Shown here: piece by piece, positions 1 to 7,935 of the stretch
Layout: each line of letters begins with the position of its first letter
Position numbering within the stretch: the first letter of the stretch is position 1
Virus record (IMG/VR): IMGVR_UViG_3300037589_000013
Location: 1 to 52,352 of that record
Source of the DNA: a virus
Lineage: Duplodnaviria; Caudoviricetes
DNA: 52,352 bases
Reading direction: 5' to 3' (one strand)
The notes under the pieces: generated by a model
What the model was told of the DNA's origin: nothing
What the model saw: only the letters and a program-made list of their open reading frames with translations
The model's database searches: none
Made by a program: the position numbers and the translations under genes

Positions 1-232
1 TGTTGTTCTCCAATTACAAAGACGCCATCCCGGTAAATGTGAATGGTCGGCGCTACTCGATTTTCTACAGCGCTATTCAGACAAACGCGGATCGTCTGGC
101 GCGCAGCATGGATGACGCATATTTTAACGGGCTGTTCACATGGTTGCATTCGGGCGGCAATGAAATAATTGCTGATTGGTTGTTGAATTACCCAATCGAG
201 CGCGGCGCGATACCCATGCGCGCGCCGGAAAC
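1..232. repeat. Terminal direct repeat, left copy (circular overlap)
   Basis: 1-232 matches 52121-52352 except A105 vs G52225. Confidence 0.97.
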
Positions 233-551
233 GTCCAGTCAACAGGAAGCGGTGAAAGTGTCGCGCGGGCCGGTTGAAGTCGCCATAGTGAACGCGGTTG
301 AAGACGGTCTAGCGGGCTTCCGTGGCGGCTATGTGTCATCCCTGGCAGTGTTGAAGCGTTTGCGCGAGGTTGGCGTTAGACAGCCCGCACAAGCAACCGT
401 GCATCGCATTCTAGAGGGGATGGGTTATTTCGAGATAGGCCGCGCACCCCGTGCGTTCGGACAGGAAAGCATGTTGGAGCGCACGACCGTATTTGCGATC
501 ATGCGCGAATTGCCGGTTGCAGCATTTGGACGGGTGCAGGGTTATGAGTGA
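1..551 (+). CDS. Primase-helicase, C-terminal part
   Basis: In frame with the 50356 ORF across the repeat (NWLLFSNYKDAIP...GRRY, with an arginine-finger-like motif). Confidence 0.9.
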   Translation, partial: LFSNYKDAIPVNVNGRRYSIFYSAIQTNADRLARSMDDAYFNGLFTWLHSGGNEIIADWLLNYPIERGAIPMRAPETSSQQEAVKVSRGPVEVAIVNAVEDGLAGFRGGYVSSLAVLKRLREVGVRQPAQATVHRILEGMGYFEIGRAPRAFGQESMLERTTVFAIMRELPVAAFGRVQGYE

Positions 552-1428
552 TTTTCGCGTGTTGTCGCTTTTTGACGGTATATCATGCGGGCAAATTGCA
601 CTCGAAAGAGCCGGAATTAAACCATCAATTTATATGGCTTCTGAAATTGACAAACATCCGATTGCCGTTACTTGCGATAATTACCCGCAAACCGTCCAAC
701 TTGGTGATGTTCGAGCCGTGCGACAACTTGCGACGGCTGGTGTGCTTGGTTCGGTTGATTTGCTCATGGGCGGTTCACCTTGTCAGGGATTTAGCAAGGC
801 GAACGGTTCGCGCGGCTTTGACGATCCGCGTTCACAATTATTATTTGATTATATCAGTGTAAAGGATGCATTGAAACCGCGATATTTTTTGCTTGAAAAT
901 GTACGAATGAAGAAAGAGGATCGCGACCTTGTAAGTTTGTTAATGGGTGTTGAACCAATTGAAATTGACAGCGCCATGTTTAGCGCGCAACGGCGTAAAC
1001 GATTGTATTGGACAAATATACCAATTGCCCCAATTTTTGATGCTGGAATTGAATTTTGGGCAATCCGCGAATATGTTGGTGAACATTTAAAATCATATAA
1101 AATGAAGCGTACACCATCACGCATTAAAATGTGGAGTAACGGAAAAGGAAGTCCGAACAACAGCGCAAACGGTGTTTGTTCAAACATTACATATGCTTCA
1201 AAATCTCACACGTTAACAACAAAACAAGATCGTTGCCCGAATTCTGGTTTGATTGAATTTGAAGATTTTGCGCGATACCTAACACATGTTGAATGCGAAC
1301 GATTGCAAACATTACCTGATAATTATACTCGGAAACTAAAAAAAGAAATCCGGTATAAAGCAATCGGGAATGGTTGGACTGTTGACGTAATTGCGCATAT
1401 TTTGCGCGGCGTTTCCTGTCAATTATGA
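544..1428 (+). CDS. DNA (cytosine-5)-methyltransferase
   Basis: Motifs LSLFDGISCG (I), GGSPCQGFS (IV), LLENV (VI), QRRKRLYW (VIII), ECERLQTLP (IX) and AIGNGW (X); ATG 544 overlaps the end of the primase gene. Confidence 0.95.
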   Translation: MSDFRVLSLFDGISCGQIALERAGIKPSIYMASEIDKHPIAVTCDNYPQTVQLGDVRAVRQLATAGVLGSVDLLMGGSPCQGFSKANGSRGFDDPRSQLLFDYISVKDALKPRYFLLENVRMKKEDRDLVSLLMGVEPIEIDSAMFSAQRRKRLYWTNIPIAPIFDAGIEFWAIREYVGEHLKSYKMKRTPSRIKMWSNGKGSPNNSANGVCSNITYASKSHTLTTKQDRCPNSGLIEFEDFARYLTHVECERLQTLPDNYTRKLKKEIRYKAIGNGWTVDVIAHILRGVSCQL

Positions 1429-1617
1429 GAAACACGCAATAGAAATACGTTCGTTCATTGCAACAAATTCATCATCTGTCATTTGTTCCATTGCGTCATT
1501 CATATATTTTTCAACCAAATCGGCGTTTTTACCTGTTTTGAAATGCATGATCAAACCTTTTTCACACTGAAATTTTGTAAACATTTCTTTATTCCATTTT
1601 TTTGGCTGAATGCTCAT
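1423..1617 (-). CDS. Hypothetical protein
   Basis: ORF with a GGGAG RBS and an upstream promoter-like sequence. Confidence 0.7.
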   Translation of the reverse strand: MSIQPKKWNKEMFTKFQCEKGLIMHFKTGKNADLVEKYMNDAMEQMTDDEFVAMNERISIACFS

Positions 1618-1649
1618 TTCCGTAACTCCCGTTTGTGTTTCGATGATTG

Positions 1650-1678
1650 TTTATTGCATAAATTACGGTTGCCGTCAA
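1650..1678 (-). promoter_or_regulatory. Sigma70-like promoter
   Basis: TTGACG-N17-AATAAA; shares ATAAACAATCA with the elements at 7831 and 13984. Confidence 0.55.
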
Positions 1679-1730
1679 TAGCAATTATAAAAATAATTAG
1701 CGGCGCATTCGCGCGCCGCCTGATTGATGA

Positions 1731-1916
1731 TTAGTGGAGTTTGGCTGTTACCTTGATCGCACCGCCGCACATTTCGCTTTTTCCGCTTTTGTTACGGAAT
1801 GCAGCTTGACCGATGCGTTCCGCAAGGTCGGCGGTGTCAAGTTGAACGGTCACTTCAACTTGAACATGAGTGGTTCCGTTCCAAAGGTGAATAACATGTG
1901 TTTCATTGACTTTCAT
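1731..1916 (-). CDS. Hypothetical protein (MKVNETHV...)
   Basis: RBS AACGGGAG; promoter directly upstream. Confidence 0.75.
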   Translation of the reverse strand: MKVNETHVIHLWNGTTHVQVEVTVQLDTADLAERIGQAAFRNKSGKSEMCGGAIKVTAKLH

Positions 1917-1944
1917 GTGATTAACTCCCGTTGTTGATAATTGC

Positions 1945-1973
1945 AATATATGCTGCAATTAAACGGTTGTCAA
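1945..1973 (-). promoter_or_regulatory. Sigma70 promoter
   Basis: TTGACA-N17-TATATT. Confidence 0.8.
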
Positions 1974-1985
1974 TAGTGCAATTAT

Positions 1986-2030
1986 AAAAACAAAACAGCC
2001 CGGCACCGCGAGAGGAACGGGCCAGGCTGT
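1986..2030 (-). terminator. Intrinsic terminator
   Basis: 10-bp stem ACAGCCTGGC/GCCGGGCTGT followed by TTTGTTTTT on the minus strand. Confidence 0.75.
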
Positions 2031-2147
2031 CTGTCATGCAAACGCGCGGGTTTTGTGTGACCAATGCCGCCTGCGTCTGCAATTTCATGCAACCCCGTCA
2101 CCGATCCGCTAGGTTGCTATCGCATCAATCGGGACGTTCATTCAATA
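1986..2147 (-). ncRNA. Candidate small structured RNA (about 160 nt)
   Basis: Lies between the promoter at 2153-2181 and the terminator at 1986-2030; contains several stems and no convincing ORF. Confidence 0.5.
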
Positions 2148-2152
2148 ACTCG

Positions 2153-2181
2153 TAATTAGATGATTTGTTCGGTATTGTCAA
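2153..2181 (-). promoter_or_regulatory. Sigma70-like promoter
   Basis: TTGACA-N17-TAATTA. Confidence 0.65.
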
Positions 2182-2184
2182 CCT

Positions 2185-2367
2185 TCACCACAACGGCGAT
2201 TGTTCTGCATCCTGGCCGCGCTCAATCTTGAGGCGGTCGTTTGTTGCATACCAGCGCACACCGCGTTCATCTTCAACAGTTGCGCCATTCGGTCCGGTGT
2301 TGACGATCTTGCCAATCACGTTGCGCCATTCCGCGCCACTATACACTTTGGCGGTTGCGGTGTTCAT
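2185..2367 (-). CDS. Hypothetical protein (MNTATAKV...)
   Basis: ATGA overlap with the upstream gene. Confidence 0.65.
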   Translation of the reverse strand: MNTATAKVYSGAEWRNVIGKIVNTGPNGATVEDERGVRWYATNDRLKIERGQDAEQSPLW

Positions 2368-2705
2368 TTGGATGGTCGCCAATGTGTAATAGTTGACCAA
2401 TCGAGCGATAACGGGTTGCGGCTTGGCAACACTAAACCTTGTCGGGTTTTCACATCGACCCACTTATCTTGAATTACTGGTTGTATTGGCAGCGGACCGG
2501 GCGTATATTTCCGCCATCCTTCACCATCCGGCGCGGCGGGCGATTGTGGTGCAAGTTCTCCGGTGATCCAGGCGAGCAAATCGGCGGCATTGGTGAATGC
2601 ATGGGTGGGCCAATTGAATTCACTAGGTTTCGGGTCAGTTGACACAATAAAACCGCCATTGCTTACCGGTTCAATGCGAATTGTTTTTTTGAATGTGTCA
2701 GTCAT
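2364..2705 (-). CDS. Hypothetical protein
   Basis: GGAG RBS; ends ITHWRP, as in many small phage proteins. Confidence 0.75.
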   Translation of the reverse strand: MTDTFKKTIRIEPVSNGGFIVSTDPKPSEFNWPTHAFTNAADLLAWITGELAPQSPAAPDGEGWRKYTPGPLPIQPVIQDKWVDVKTRQGLVLPSRNPLSLDWSTITHWRPSK

Positions 2706-2838
2706 GTTTTAATTCTCCAATTGAAATTTCAACAACAAAAATAGTGATGGCAAATATTCTTGCTTCACTGTTGTTGAGATAATAGATAGAAATCGGAAAA
2801 GCGATGTGATCCCATGTGAAACGAACATCCCATTTCAT
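2698..2838 (-). CDS. Small hypothetical protein, 46 aa (MKWDVRFTW...)
   Basis: Below the ORF-track cutoff; fills the gap and overlaps both neighbours. Confidence 0.6.
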   Translation of the reverse strand: MKWDVRFTWDHIAFPISIYYLNNSEARIFAITIFVVEISIGELKHD

Positions 2839-3041
2839 CGGCTTGCCTCATCTGAAATCATGCGGCGCAAAGCAGCAAGCCGTTTGTCGAGCGCAATAAT
2901 TGTGTCTTGCGCGCTGTCAGCTTTTTCCGACCATGCGCTAATTTGTTTCATGGCGTGACCATGTTCAACATGCGCTTTTGCCAACTTATCACGTGTTGCG
3001 GTGATGCGTTGTGCGATTTGTTCGATTGTTGGCGATGTCAT
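2835..3041 (-). CDS. Hypothetical coiled-coil protein
   Basis: GGAG RBS before MTSPTIEQ; heptad-like pattern. Confidence 0.7.
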   Translation of the reverse strand: MTSPTIEQIAQRITATRDKLAKAHVEHGHAMKQISAWSEKADSAQDTIIALDKRLAALRRMISDEASR

Positions 3042-3046
3042 TTCAA

Positions 3047-3580
3047 TTATCTCCAATACCAGTTTCGTTTTCTTCCAACGTCTATGTGCACCGTTTCCCA
3101 ACGACGATACAGACCAACACCACCGCGTTTCGGATGGCGCATTAGATAGGTGTGAAGTCGTTTCTTACTCACACCAGGAACTTTAATGTCCGCTGCTTTG
3201 CATTGCAAATGCATCGATCCGCGAACACCACCAACGCGGCGATTGTGACGCGGCGTGCGATATCCGCTTGTGACAATTACCGGCGCTTTGAAATGCCGTT
3301 CCACATCGCGCAATATGCGAACCAGTCGCGGCGGAAAACATGATGTTTTGGTTCGGTGCTTTGAATTCGATCGATACGACAGCACGGCCAATCCTGGCGC
3401 TTTGTCGGACGGCTTCACCGATGCAATGACCGGGCCGATTAGCGGTAATTCCGGCACAAACCGATTGATACCATATGTGGCGCGGTTGGTGGCCTTACCG
3501 TGATGGAACAATTGCGGTTCCGGGTAAGGTGGCACATTGAGCGCACAAATCAGGCCGATGGTTGCCGCAAGACAAGTCAT
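3047..3580 (-). CDS. Peptidase M15A / YcbK-like zinc peptidoglycan peptidase
   Basis: TSGYR..HN..VGG...SMH....AADI and VGLY....VHIDVG motifs; hydrophobic N-terminus MTCLAATIGLICAL. Confidence 0.88.
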   Translation of the reverse strand: MTCLAATIGLICALNVPPYPEPQLFHHGKATNRATYGINRFVPELPLIGPVIASVKPSDKAPGLAVLSYRSNSKHRTKTSCFPPRLVRILRDVERHFKAPVIVTSGYRTPRHNRRVGGVRGSMHLQCKAADIKVPGVSKKRLHTYLMRHPKRGGVGLYRRWETVHIDVGRKRNWYWR

Positions 3581-3753
3581 GGCGTTGCGACACTCCAACC
3601 TTTTTCGGTTAAATAAATGCTCTTGCCATGTTTCTCGATATAGCCCGCTTTGAACAATTCCACCATGTAAGGGGGCCATTGCCCTGGCGACCAAAGCGGG
3701 CCGGATTTTGCGATTTTCTGCAAATAGGTCATATGTCGGTCGGTCAATTTCAT
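3577..3753 (-). CDS. Small protein, 58 aa, possible winged helix
   Basis: Below the ORF-track cutoff; MKLTDRH...LFKAGYIE....YLTEKG; ATGA overlaps on both sides. Confidence 0.65.
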   Translation of the reverse strand: MKLTDRHMTYLQKIAKSGPLWSPGQWPPYMVELFKAGYIEKHGKSIYLTEKGWSVATP

Positions 3754-3962
3754 GATTTCGCCTCACCGGCACTGGTGCGACGATCAACGAAAGTCACCGG
3801 GTCCGTTGTCGGTGTCATTGTGATGGTGTGATTTGTGCACATTGCCCACCACCAATGTTTAGCGAACCACTTCTGTTGAAACGGCACCGTGGCGTCGATA
3901 ATCATGACGCTTGGTGGTTCATCCATATTGGAAAGATCGCGGGTTGTGATTTGAATGTGCAT
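3750..3962 (-). CDS. Hypothetical protein
   Basis: Tightly packed within the operon. Confidence 0.65.
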   Translation of the reverse strand: MHIQITTRDLSNMDEPPSVMIIDATVPFQQKWFAKHWWWAMCTNHTITMTPTTDPVTFVDRRTSAGEAKS

Positions 3963-4177
3963 TATTTTTCACCTCTTAAAATGCGCTCACCTTTTGCGCT
4001 CATACCAATTGAAAATAGTGTTCGATCAGCGACCATTTCGGCAATCACGCGAGCAACACCATTTTCATCAATCGCCGCTTGAATTCCTGTTTCCAAGTTT
4101 TTCAAGCGTTTTTCTTTGTGTGCTTGTTCGCGATTTTCCTCGCTTTCTGATACTAATTCGCTGCGATAATGCCCCAT
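3962..4177 (-). CDS. Hypothetical protein
   Basis: AAGGA RBS; promoter at 4227-4255. Confidence 0.7.
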   Translation of the reverse strand: MGHYRSELVSESEENREQAHKEKRLKNLETGIQAAIDENGVARVIAEMVADRTLFSIGMSAKGERILRGEK

Positions 4178-4226
4178 ATGTCGCGTCCTTGTCGCTGAAT
4201 TTATCCACTTGGATAACGATCAATCA

Positions 4227-4255
4227 CGGCTATCATGCGGGCGGCGTGCTGTCAA
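4227..4255 (-). promoter_or_regulatory. Sigma70-like promoter
   Basis: TTGACA-N17-TAGCCG; palindrome TTATCCA-CT-TGGATAA at 4201-4216 just downstream. Confidence 0.5.
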
Positions 4256-4724
4256 GCGGCCATGTCATGGTGTATGAAAAAGTGTGTCCCTTCACCTGCA
4301 AATGGCCGGGAACACCTTTTAGATGCCGGTGGAGCGCACCAGGATCGATGTTCTTGGCGATGGCGGCTTGTCGAGCGTTGCGGAACACTTCACCAGTTTC
4401 ATTGCATTTGACATATTGATGCGCCAACGCTCGATAATAGCCGTTATAATTGCAAAACGGTTTGTGAATTCCGACAACGCGGCGGTGTTCGTTGCGTGCT
4501 TCACTCTCTCTTAATGTGATGAACACGCATTCAAGTGTCATTGGCGCGGTTGGATGGCCGAACACATCGGCAAATTTCGAATTGCAATGTGCATCCTCAA
4601 GTGTCAATACATCGCGCAATTGGCAGACGCCAACATATTGGACAATTCCGTTTGCATCACTGCATGTATAGACACACCAAGCGTTGCGCCATTCGACGGG
4701 ATTAGCGGTGATTTGGATGATCAT
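4233..4724 (-). CDS. Degenerate GIY-YIG-like domain plus NUMOD1-type HTH DNA-binding protein
   Basis: CVY........QYVG at the N-terminus; VKCNETGEVFRNARQAA...HLKG...KGHTF at the C-terminus. Confidence 0.65.
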   Translation of the reverse strand: MIIQITANPVEWRNAWCVYTCSDANGIVQYVGVCQLRDVLTLEDAHCNSKFADVFGHPTAPMTLECVFITLRESEARNEHRRVVGIHKPFCNYNGYYRALAHQYVKCNETGEVFRNARQAAIAKNIDPGALHRHLKGVPGHLQVKGHTFSYTMTWPLDSTPPA

Positions 4725-4957
4725 GGCTGTTGATCCTTTACAATTATCAACAACGGTGTAAATGGCTTCATTCCTTCTATGTCAACCAATCTTTGAATAA
4801 TCGGTTCCGCGTCTTCTCTTGCTTTTTGGTTAATTTTTGACAACAACCAATGCAAATGTTGTTCTTCTGTTTCAATTTCTAATGGTCGCGGGCCGAATTG
4901 CCTTTCAATTTCCCGCATTTTAATCATTGCTTCCGTTGTTATCTCATTGGTCATCAC
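4721..4957 (-). CDS. Hypothetical protein
   Basis: Overlapping start/stop coupling with neighbours. Confidence 0.65.
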   Translation of the reverse strand: MMTNEITTEAMIKMREIERQFGPRPLEIETEEQHLHWLLSKINQKAREDAEPIIQRLVDIEGMKPFTPLLIIVKDQQP

Positions 4958-5331
4958 TGATCACCCTTCATTGCATTTGCGACCGACAGCGGCACGCGGC
5001 GGAATGTGAAACCCTTGACACTGTTGAAGCCCGCGAAACCACGCAAGTGGTTCGCCATGGCTGATTGCGAGCCTTTGACAGCGCGGGCGGCTTCATTGCC
5101 GCTTTTGTAGATTTCGCCGGTTTGCTCGCACACAACAACCATCGGCCCGGCAATATTGTAATGATGCTCCAATGTCTCGCGATAATTATTGGCACCCGCT
5201 TCAGTCTCGAACGAATGCACGAATTGCATATAGTCACCGGGACGGGTCGTTTCCGGCGTCGGTCCAGGCATTACACCTATCGTGTGCGGTGTTGTTTGGT
5301 TGGCGGCGGTCAGTGTGTACACGTGGTGCAT
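4954..5331 (-). CDS. NUMOD1-type HTH DNA-binding protein
   Basis: VVCEQTGEIYKSGNEAAR...HLRG...VKGFTF; resembles 4233-4724. Confidence 0.65.
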   Translation of the reverse strand: MHHVYTLTAANQTTPHTIGVMPGPTPETTRPGDYMQFVHSFETEAGANNYRETLEHHYNIAGPMVVVCEQTGEIYKSGNEAARAVKGSQSAMANHLRGFAGFNSVKGFTFRRVPLSVANAMKGDQ

Positions 5332-5343
5332 TGTTCATACCTC

Positions 5344-5559
5344 TTATATTTTTTGATAGCTATCCGCATTATCTTTATGATTGCTACAACGGGCGGTTTG
5401 TGTGTATTCACCATAATAATTTGCTGGCGCACCACATATATTACATTTTAAACGTGGAATAATTTTAATAAACATTTCCTTTGTTTTCTCTTGATGCGCT
5501 TTTTCGGCTTCTTTTTGTTCTTTAGTTGCAAACATGTTCCAAACACTTAAATCCTTCAT
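5344..5559 (-). CDS. Small Zn-finger protein
   Basis: CNIC...C..H motif. Confidence 0.65.
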   Translation of the reverse strand: MKDLSVWNMFATKEQKEAEKAHQEKTKEMFIKIIPRLKCNICGAPANYYGEYTQTARCSNHKDNADSYQKI

Positions 5560-5717
5560 TGTTTACGCTCCAAACGTTCTTGCGCGCGGCGCAATTTCTT
5601 TGTTGTTTTCAATTCCAATGGTGATTTTTCCTCATCAGTCGGCACATTCAAGCCGATACTGTCCATTATGAAATAAAAATCATCCTCGTTTAAACTAACG
5701 GTTACAGTCGGTTTCAT
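5556..5717 (-). CDS. Small hypothetical protein, 53 aa (MKPTVTVSL...)
   Basis: Below the ORF-track cutoff; ATGA overlap with 5344-5559. Confidence 0.6.
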   Translation of the reverse strand: MKPTVTVSLNEDDFYFIMDSIGLNVPTDEEKSPLELKTTKKLRRAQERLERKQ

Positions 5718-5979
5718 CTTCCTGCATCCTCTTAATTATCTCGAATACCGAAACGCGTTTGGCGTTGTCGATTGGGTTGGTTGTTGTTCCGCCGAAATAT
5801 CGGTTCAACACTCTTTCAAATGCTGCAATTCGGCGGCGCGCGGTAATTATTCCAGGTTCCATTTCGTCAACTTTGCCGGTGTGCCGGTCGCGGTAGCACT
5901 CTATCAAATCGCGCTCGACACCGATTGCAACTATCAATGCCGTCCGCATGGCTCGTTTGTCAGTTAGTCGGCTTGTCAC
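5695..5979 (-). CDS. Hypothetical protein
   Basis: AGGAG RBS, GTG start, promoter-like TTGACC-N17-CATTGA at 6007-6035. Confidence 0.7.
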   Translation of the reverse strand: MTSRLTDKRAMRTALIVAIGVERDLIECYRDRHTGKVDEMEPGIITARRRIAAFERVLNRYFGGTTTNPIDNAKRVSVFEIIKRMQEDETDCNR

Positions 5980-6039
5980 GGTCTGGCGCTCCTATGGTTG
6001 ACCTTATCAATGGCACATTTTGGTCGGGTGGTCAATAGC

Positions 6040-6330
6040 CTTATACATAGATAGATAGCATAGAACGGTTGATAGATTGAACAATATATAGAATGGTTGA
6101 TAACGTGGAAAATAACGGTTAATTGGTTAATTTGTTCTATATCTATATACATATTAAAGTCTGTTCTTACTAGGTAGAAAGCTATATTGTAATAGAATTG
6201 TATATTGATATTGTTACAATATGTGTTGTACAATATTCTGTCCGAGAGGTGGAAAATCGAATTAGATATTAATATAGATATAGAACGACAAAAAAATAAA
6301 GCCGTCCCAATTAAGGAACGGCTCTCAAAT
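6040..6330. other. AT-rich non-coding region, candidate replication origin
   Basis: Much lower GC than its flanks; repeated ATAGA/TAGAA and GGTTGATA/GGTTAA units; no credible gene. Confidence 0.5.
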
Positions 6331-6348
6331 TGACCAGGGTTGATGACG

Positions 6349-6699
6349 TTAACGGATGTCGAACGCACCGCTCACAAACGGCGGGCCATCAACGACACGC
6401 AACAGATTGCGCTTGCGCCGGTCCTGATACATCTTCACCACTTCTGCGAAATCGTAATCCGACATGTCATAGAATTCCACATATCCGCGACCACGATAAA
6501 CACCGGTTAGAATGATCGTGTTCTTGCCACGAAAACCGATGTCGATATCTTCCCGCGTGAGGTTGTCGAGTTCTTCAATGCGCCTGGCAATGCGTTTCTG
6601 TTCGGTGTTGATCACACCGCGCAAATGGTCGATTTCCATTTCGAGTGCAGTAATTCCAAGCCATGATTTGATTTTCTTTTTGATGTTCATTGTCATCAC
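6349..6699 (-). CDS. Hypothetical protein
   Basis: ORF in the minus-strand operon. Confidence 0.7.
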   Translation of the reverse strand: MMTMNIKKKIKSWLGITALEMEIDHLRGVINTEQKRIARRIEELDNLTREDIDIGFRGKNTIILTGVYRGRGYVEFYDMSDYDFAEVVKMYQDRRKRNLLRVVDGPPFVSGAFDIR

Positions 6700-6701
6700 C
6701 C

Positions 6702-6836
6702 CTAATTATAAATTGCCGAATGGCAGGTTTCGAACGAATGCGACAACTGGCACGTTTTCATTGCCTGTTCGTCAATATGCCAGATTGCGGCGACGAACAC
6801 GATTGTTATCGCGAGCAATGTTGCAAGATACGTCAT
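6702..6836 (-). CDS. Small membrane protein, 44 aa
   Basis: AGGAG RBS; hydrophobic LATLLAITIVFVAAIW; promoter-like TTGACG-N17-TAACGC at 6865-6893. Confidence 0.7.
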   Translation of the reverse strand: MTYLATLLAITIVFVAAIWHIDEQAMKTCQLSHSFETCHSAIYN

Positions 6837-6889
6837 GTGCGTTACTCCTGTTAGCGTTTCCTTAGCGTTACATGATATAATTAATTGCG

Positions 6890-7129
6890 TCAAGCGCAAT
6901 TCATCAATTGCCGCATATTTTCGGGAATTATTTTATTGCTGCTGCATTCAATCGGAAAACATGTGCAACCTGGGAATACACGCAATGTATATTGACGTGT
7001 TTGTTCCACATCGCGCATGTGAAACGCTTCTGCATGTAATGCGCTGTTAACGATTATATAAGCGCCGTATTCAACACCAATCCAACGACATTGTTTGTCA
7101 TATGGCATATGAACATGCAAATAGAACAT
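6890..7129 (-). CDS. Hypothetical protein
   Basis: Packed operon; GGAG RBS. Confidence 0.6.
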   Translation of the reverse strand: MFYLHVHMPYDKQCRWIGVEYGAYIIVNSALHAEAFHMRDVEQTRQYTLRVFPGCTCFPIECSSNKIIPENMRQLMNCA

Positions 7130-7132
7130 TTC

Positions 7133-7372
7133 TCACACTCCAAAAACGGACTTTGGCAACCGTCCGCGTGTTGTCAATTTCGTTGTTCCATACTCATAAA
7201 ACCAGGAACGTGTTTCATTGTCGCTTGCCAGCGCCAATTTGCGACCGCGCTCGACATTCTCCAACGCTTCCGCTTGCGTGTCATACGGTCCAAGCAAACC
7301 ACCAGTGCGCGAGCCGTTGCGCACCGTGACGTAATACCCCACATTGGCGATGATGTCGGCTTGTGCGGTCAT
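7133..7372 (-). CDS. Hypothetical protein
   Basis: YYVTV....GLLGPYDT..EA; ATGA coupling. Confidence 0.7.
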   Translation of the reverse strand: MTAQADIIANVGYYVTVRNGSRTGGLLGPYDTQAEALENVERGRKLALASDNETRSWFYEYGTTKLTTRGRLPKSVFGV

Positions 7373-7719
7373 TTCATCCCCTTCATAAATTCTTCAATGG
7401 TTTCTTGTGCGAGGCCGCGTGCATCATTGTGACCATCTGCGATTTGCCGCAATACATTGAAGAATTTTTTACCATGGTAACGATAACGATCTTGATTGTA
7501 TTGTTCGTTCCATTTTTCCCGCTTTGCTTGCTCGCGTTTTGCAATCGCAGCCGGATCATGTGTTTTGCAATATGCACCATCTGGACCGTGACCACGTGAA
7601 CGGGAACACTGGTAATAATGCCAATCTTTATGAACTTCCGCACAACAGCGTGTGAAATCCGGCTTGTTTCCAGATGGATTACCACCCCATGCACCATATT
7701 TTTCTTTGTAATGTTCCAT
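7369..7719 (-). CDS. Cys/His-rich hypothetical protein
   Basis: RCC....QCSR..GHGPDG.YC..H. Confidence 0.7.
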   Translation of the reverse strand: MEHYKEKYGAWGGNPSGNKPDFTRCCAEVHKDWHYYQCSRSRGHGPDGAYCKTHDPAAIAKREQAKREKWNEQYNQDRYRYHGKKFFNVLRQIADGHNDARGLAQETIEEFMKGMK

Positions 7720-7830
7720 TTCAAATCACCTTGAACATGTCGCGAGAAATCGAGAATTCGACGCCTTCCAGGAACCATGCGTTTTTGTAACGCGTGTCAC
7801 GTGCCGCAATGGTGTATTCCTGTTGTTCGG

Positions 7831-7882
7831 TTGCTGTTGATTGTTTATTGCACGGCTCGTTTCTAATTACAACACTTATTTT
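7831..7882 (-). promoter_or_regulatory. 52-bp repeated promoter element, copy 1
   Basis: 46/52 identical to 13984-14035; TTGTAA-N17-AATAAA on the minus strand. Confidence 0.75.
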
Positions 7883-7900
7883 GTGATTGATTTGAAAAAG

Positions 7901-7929
7901 TTGACCGTACCGACAAGATGCGCCATATG
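7901..7929 (+). promoter_or_regulatory. Promoter for the small terminase, possibly leaderless
   Basis: TTGACC-N17-CATATG, with ATG 7936 six nt downstream and no SD. Confidence 0.55.
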
Positions 7930-7935
7930 TATGTT

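Noticed and set aside
5976-6368. 130-aa ORF across the AT-rich region
   Set aside because: Its Ile/Tyr/Asn-rich low-complexity translation reflects the AT repeats, and it runs through a predicted promoter.
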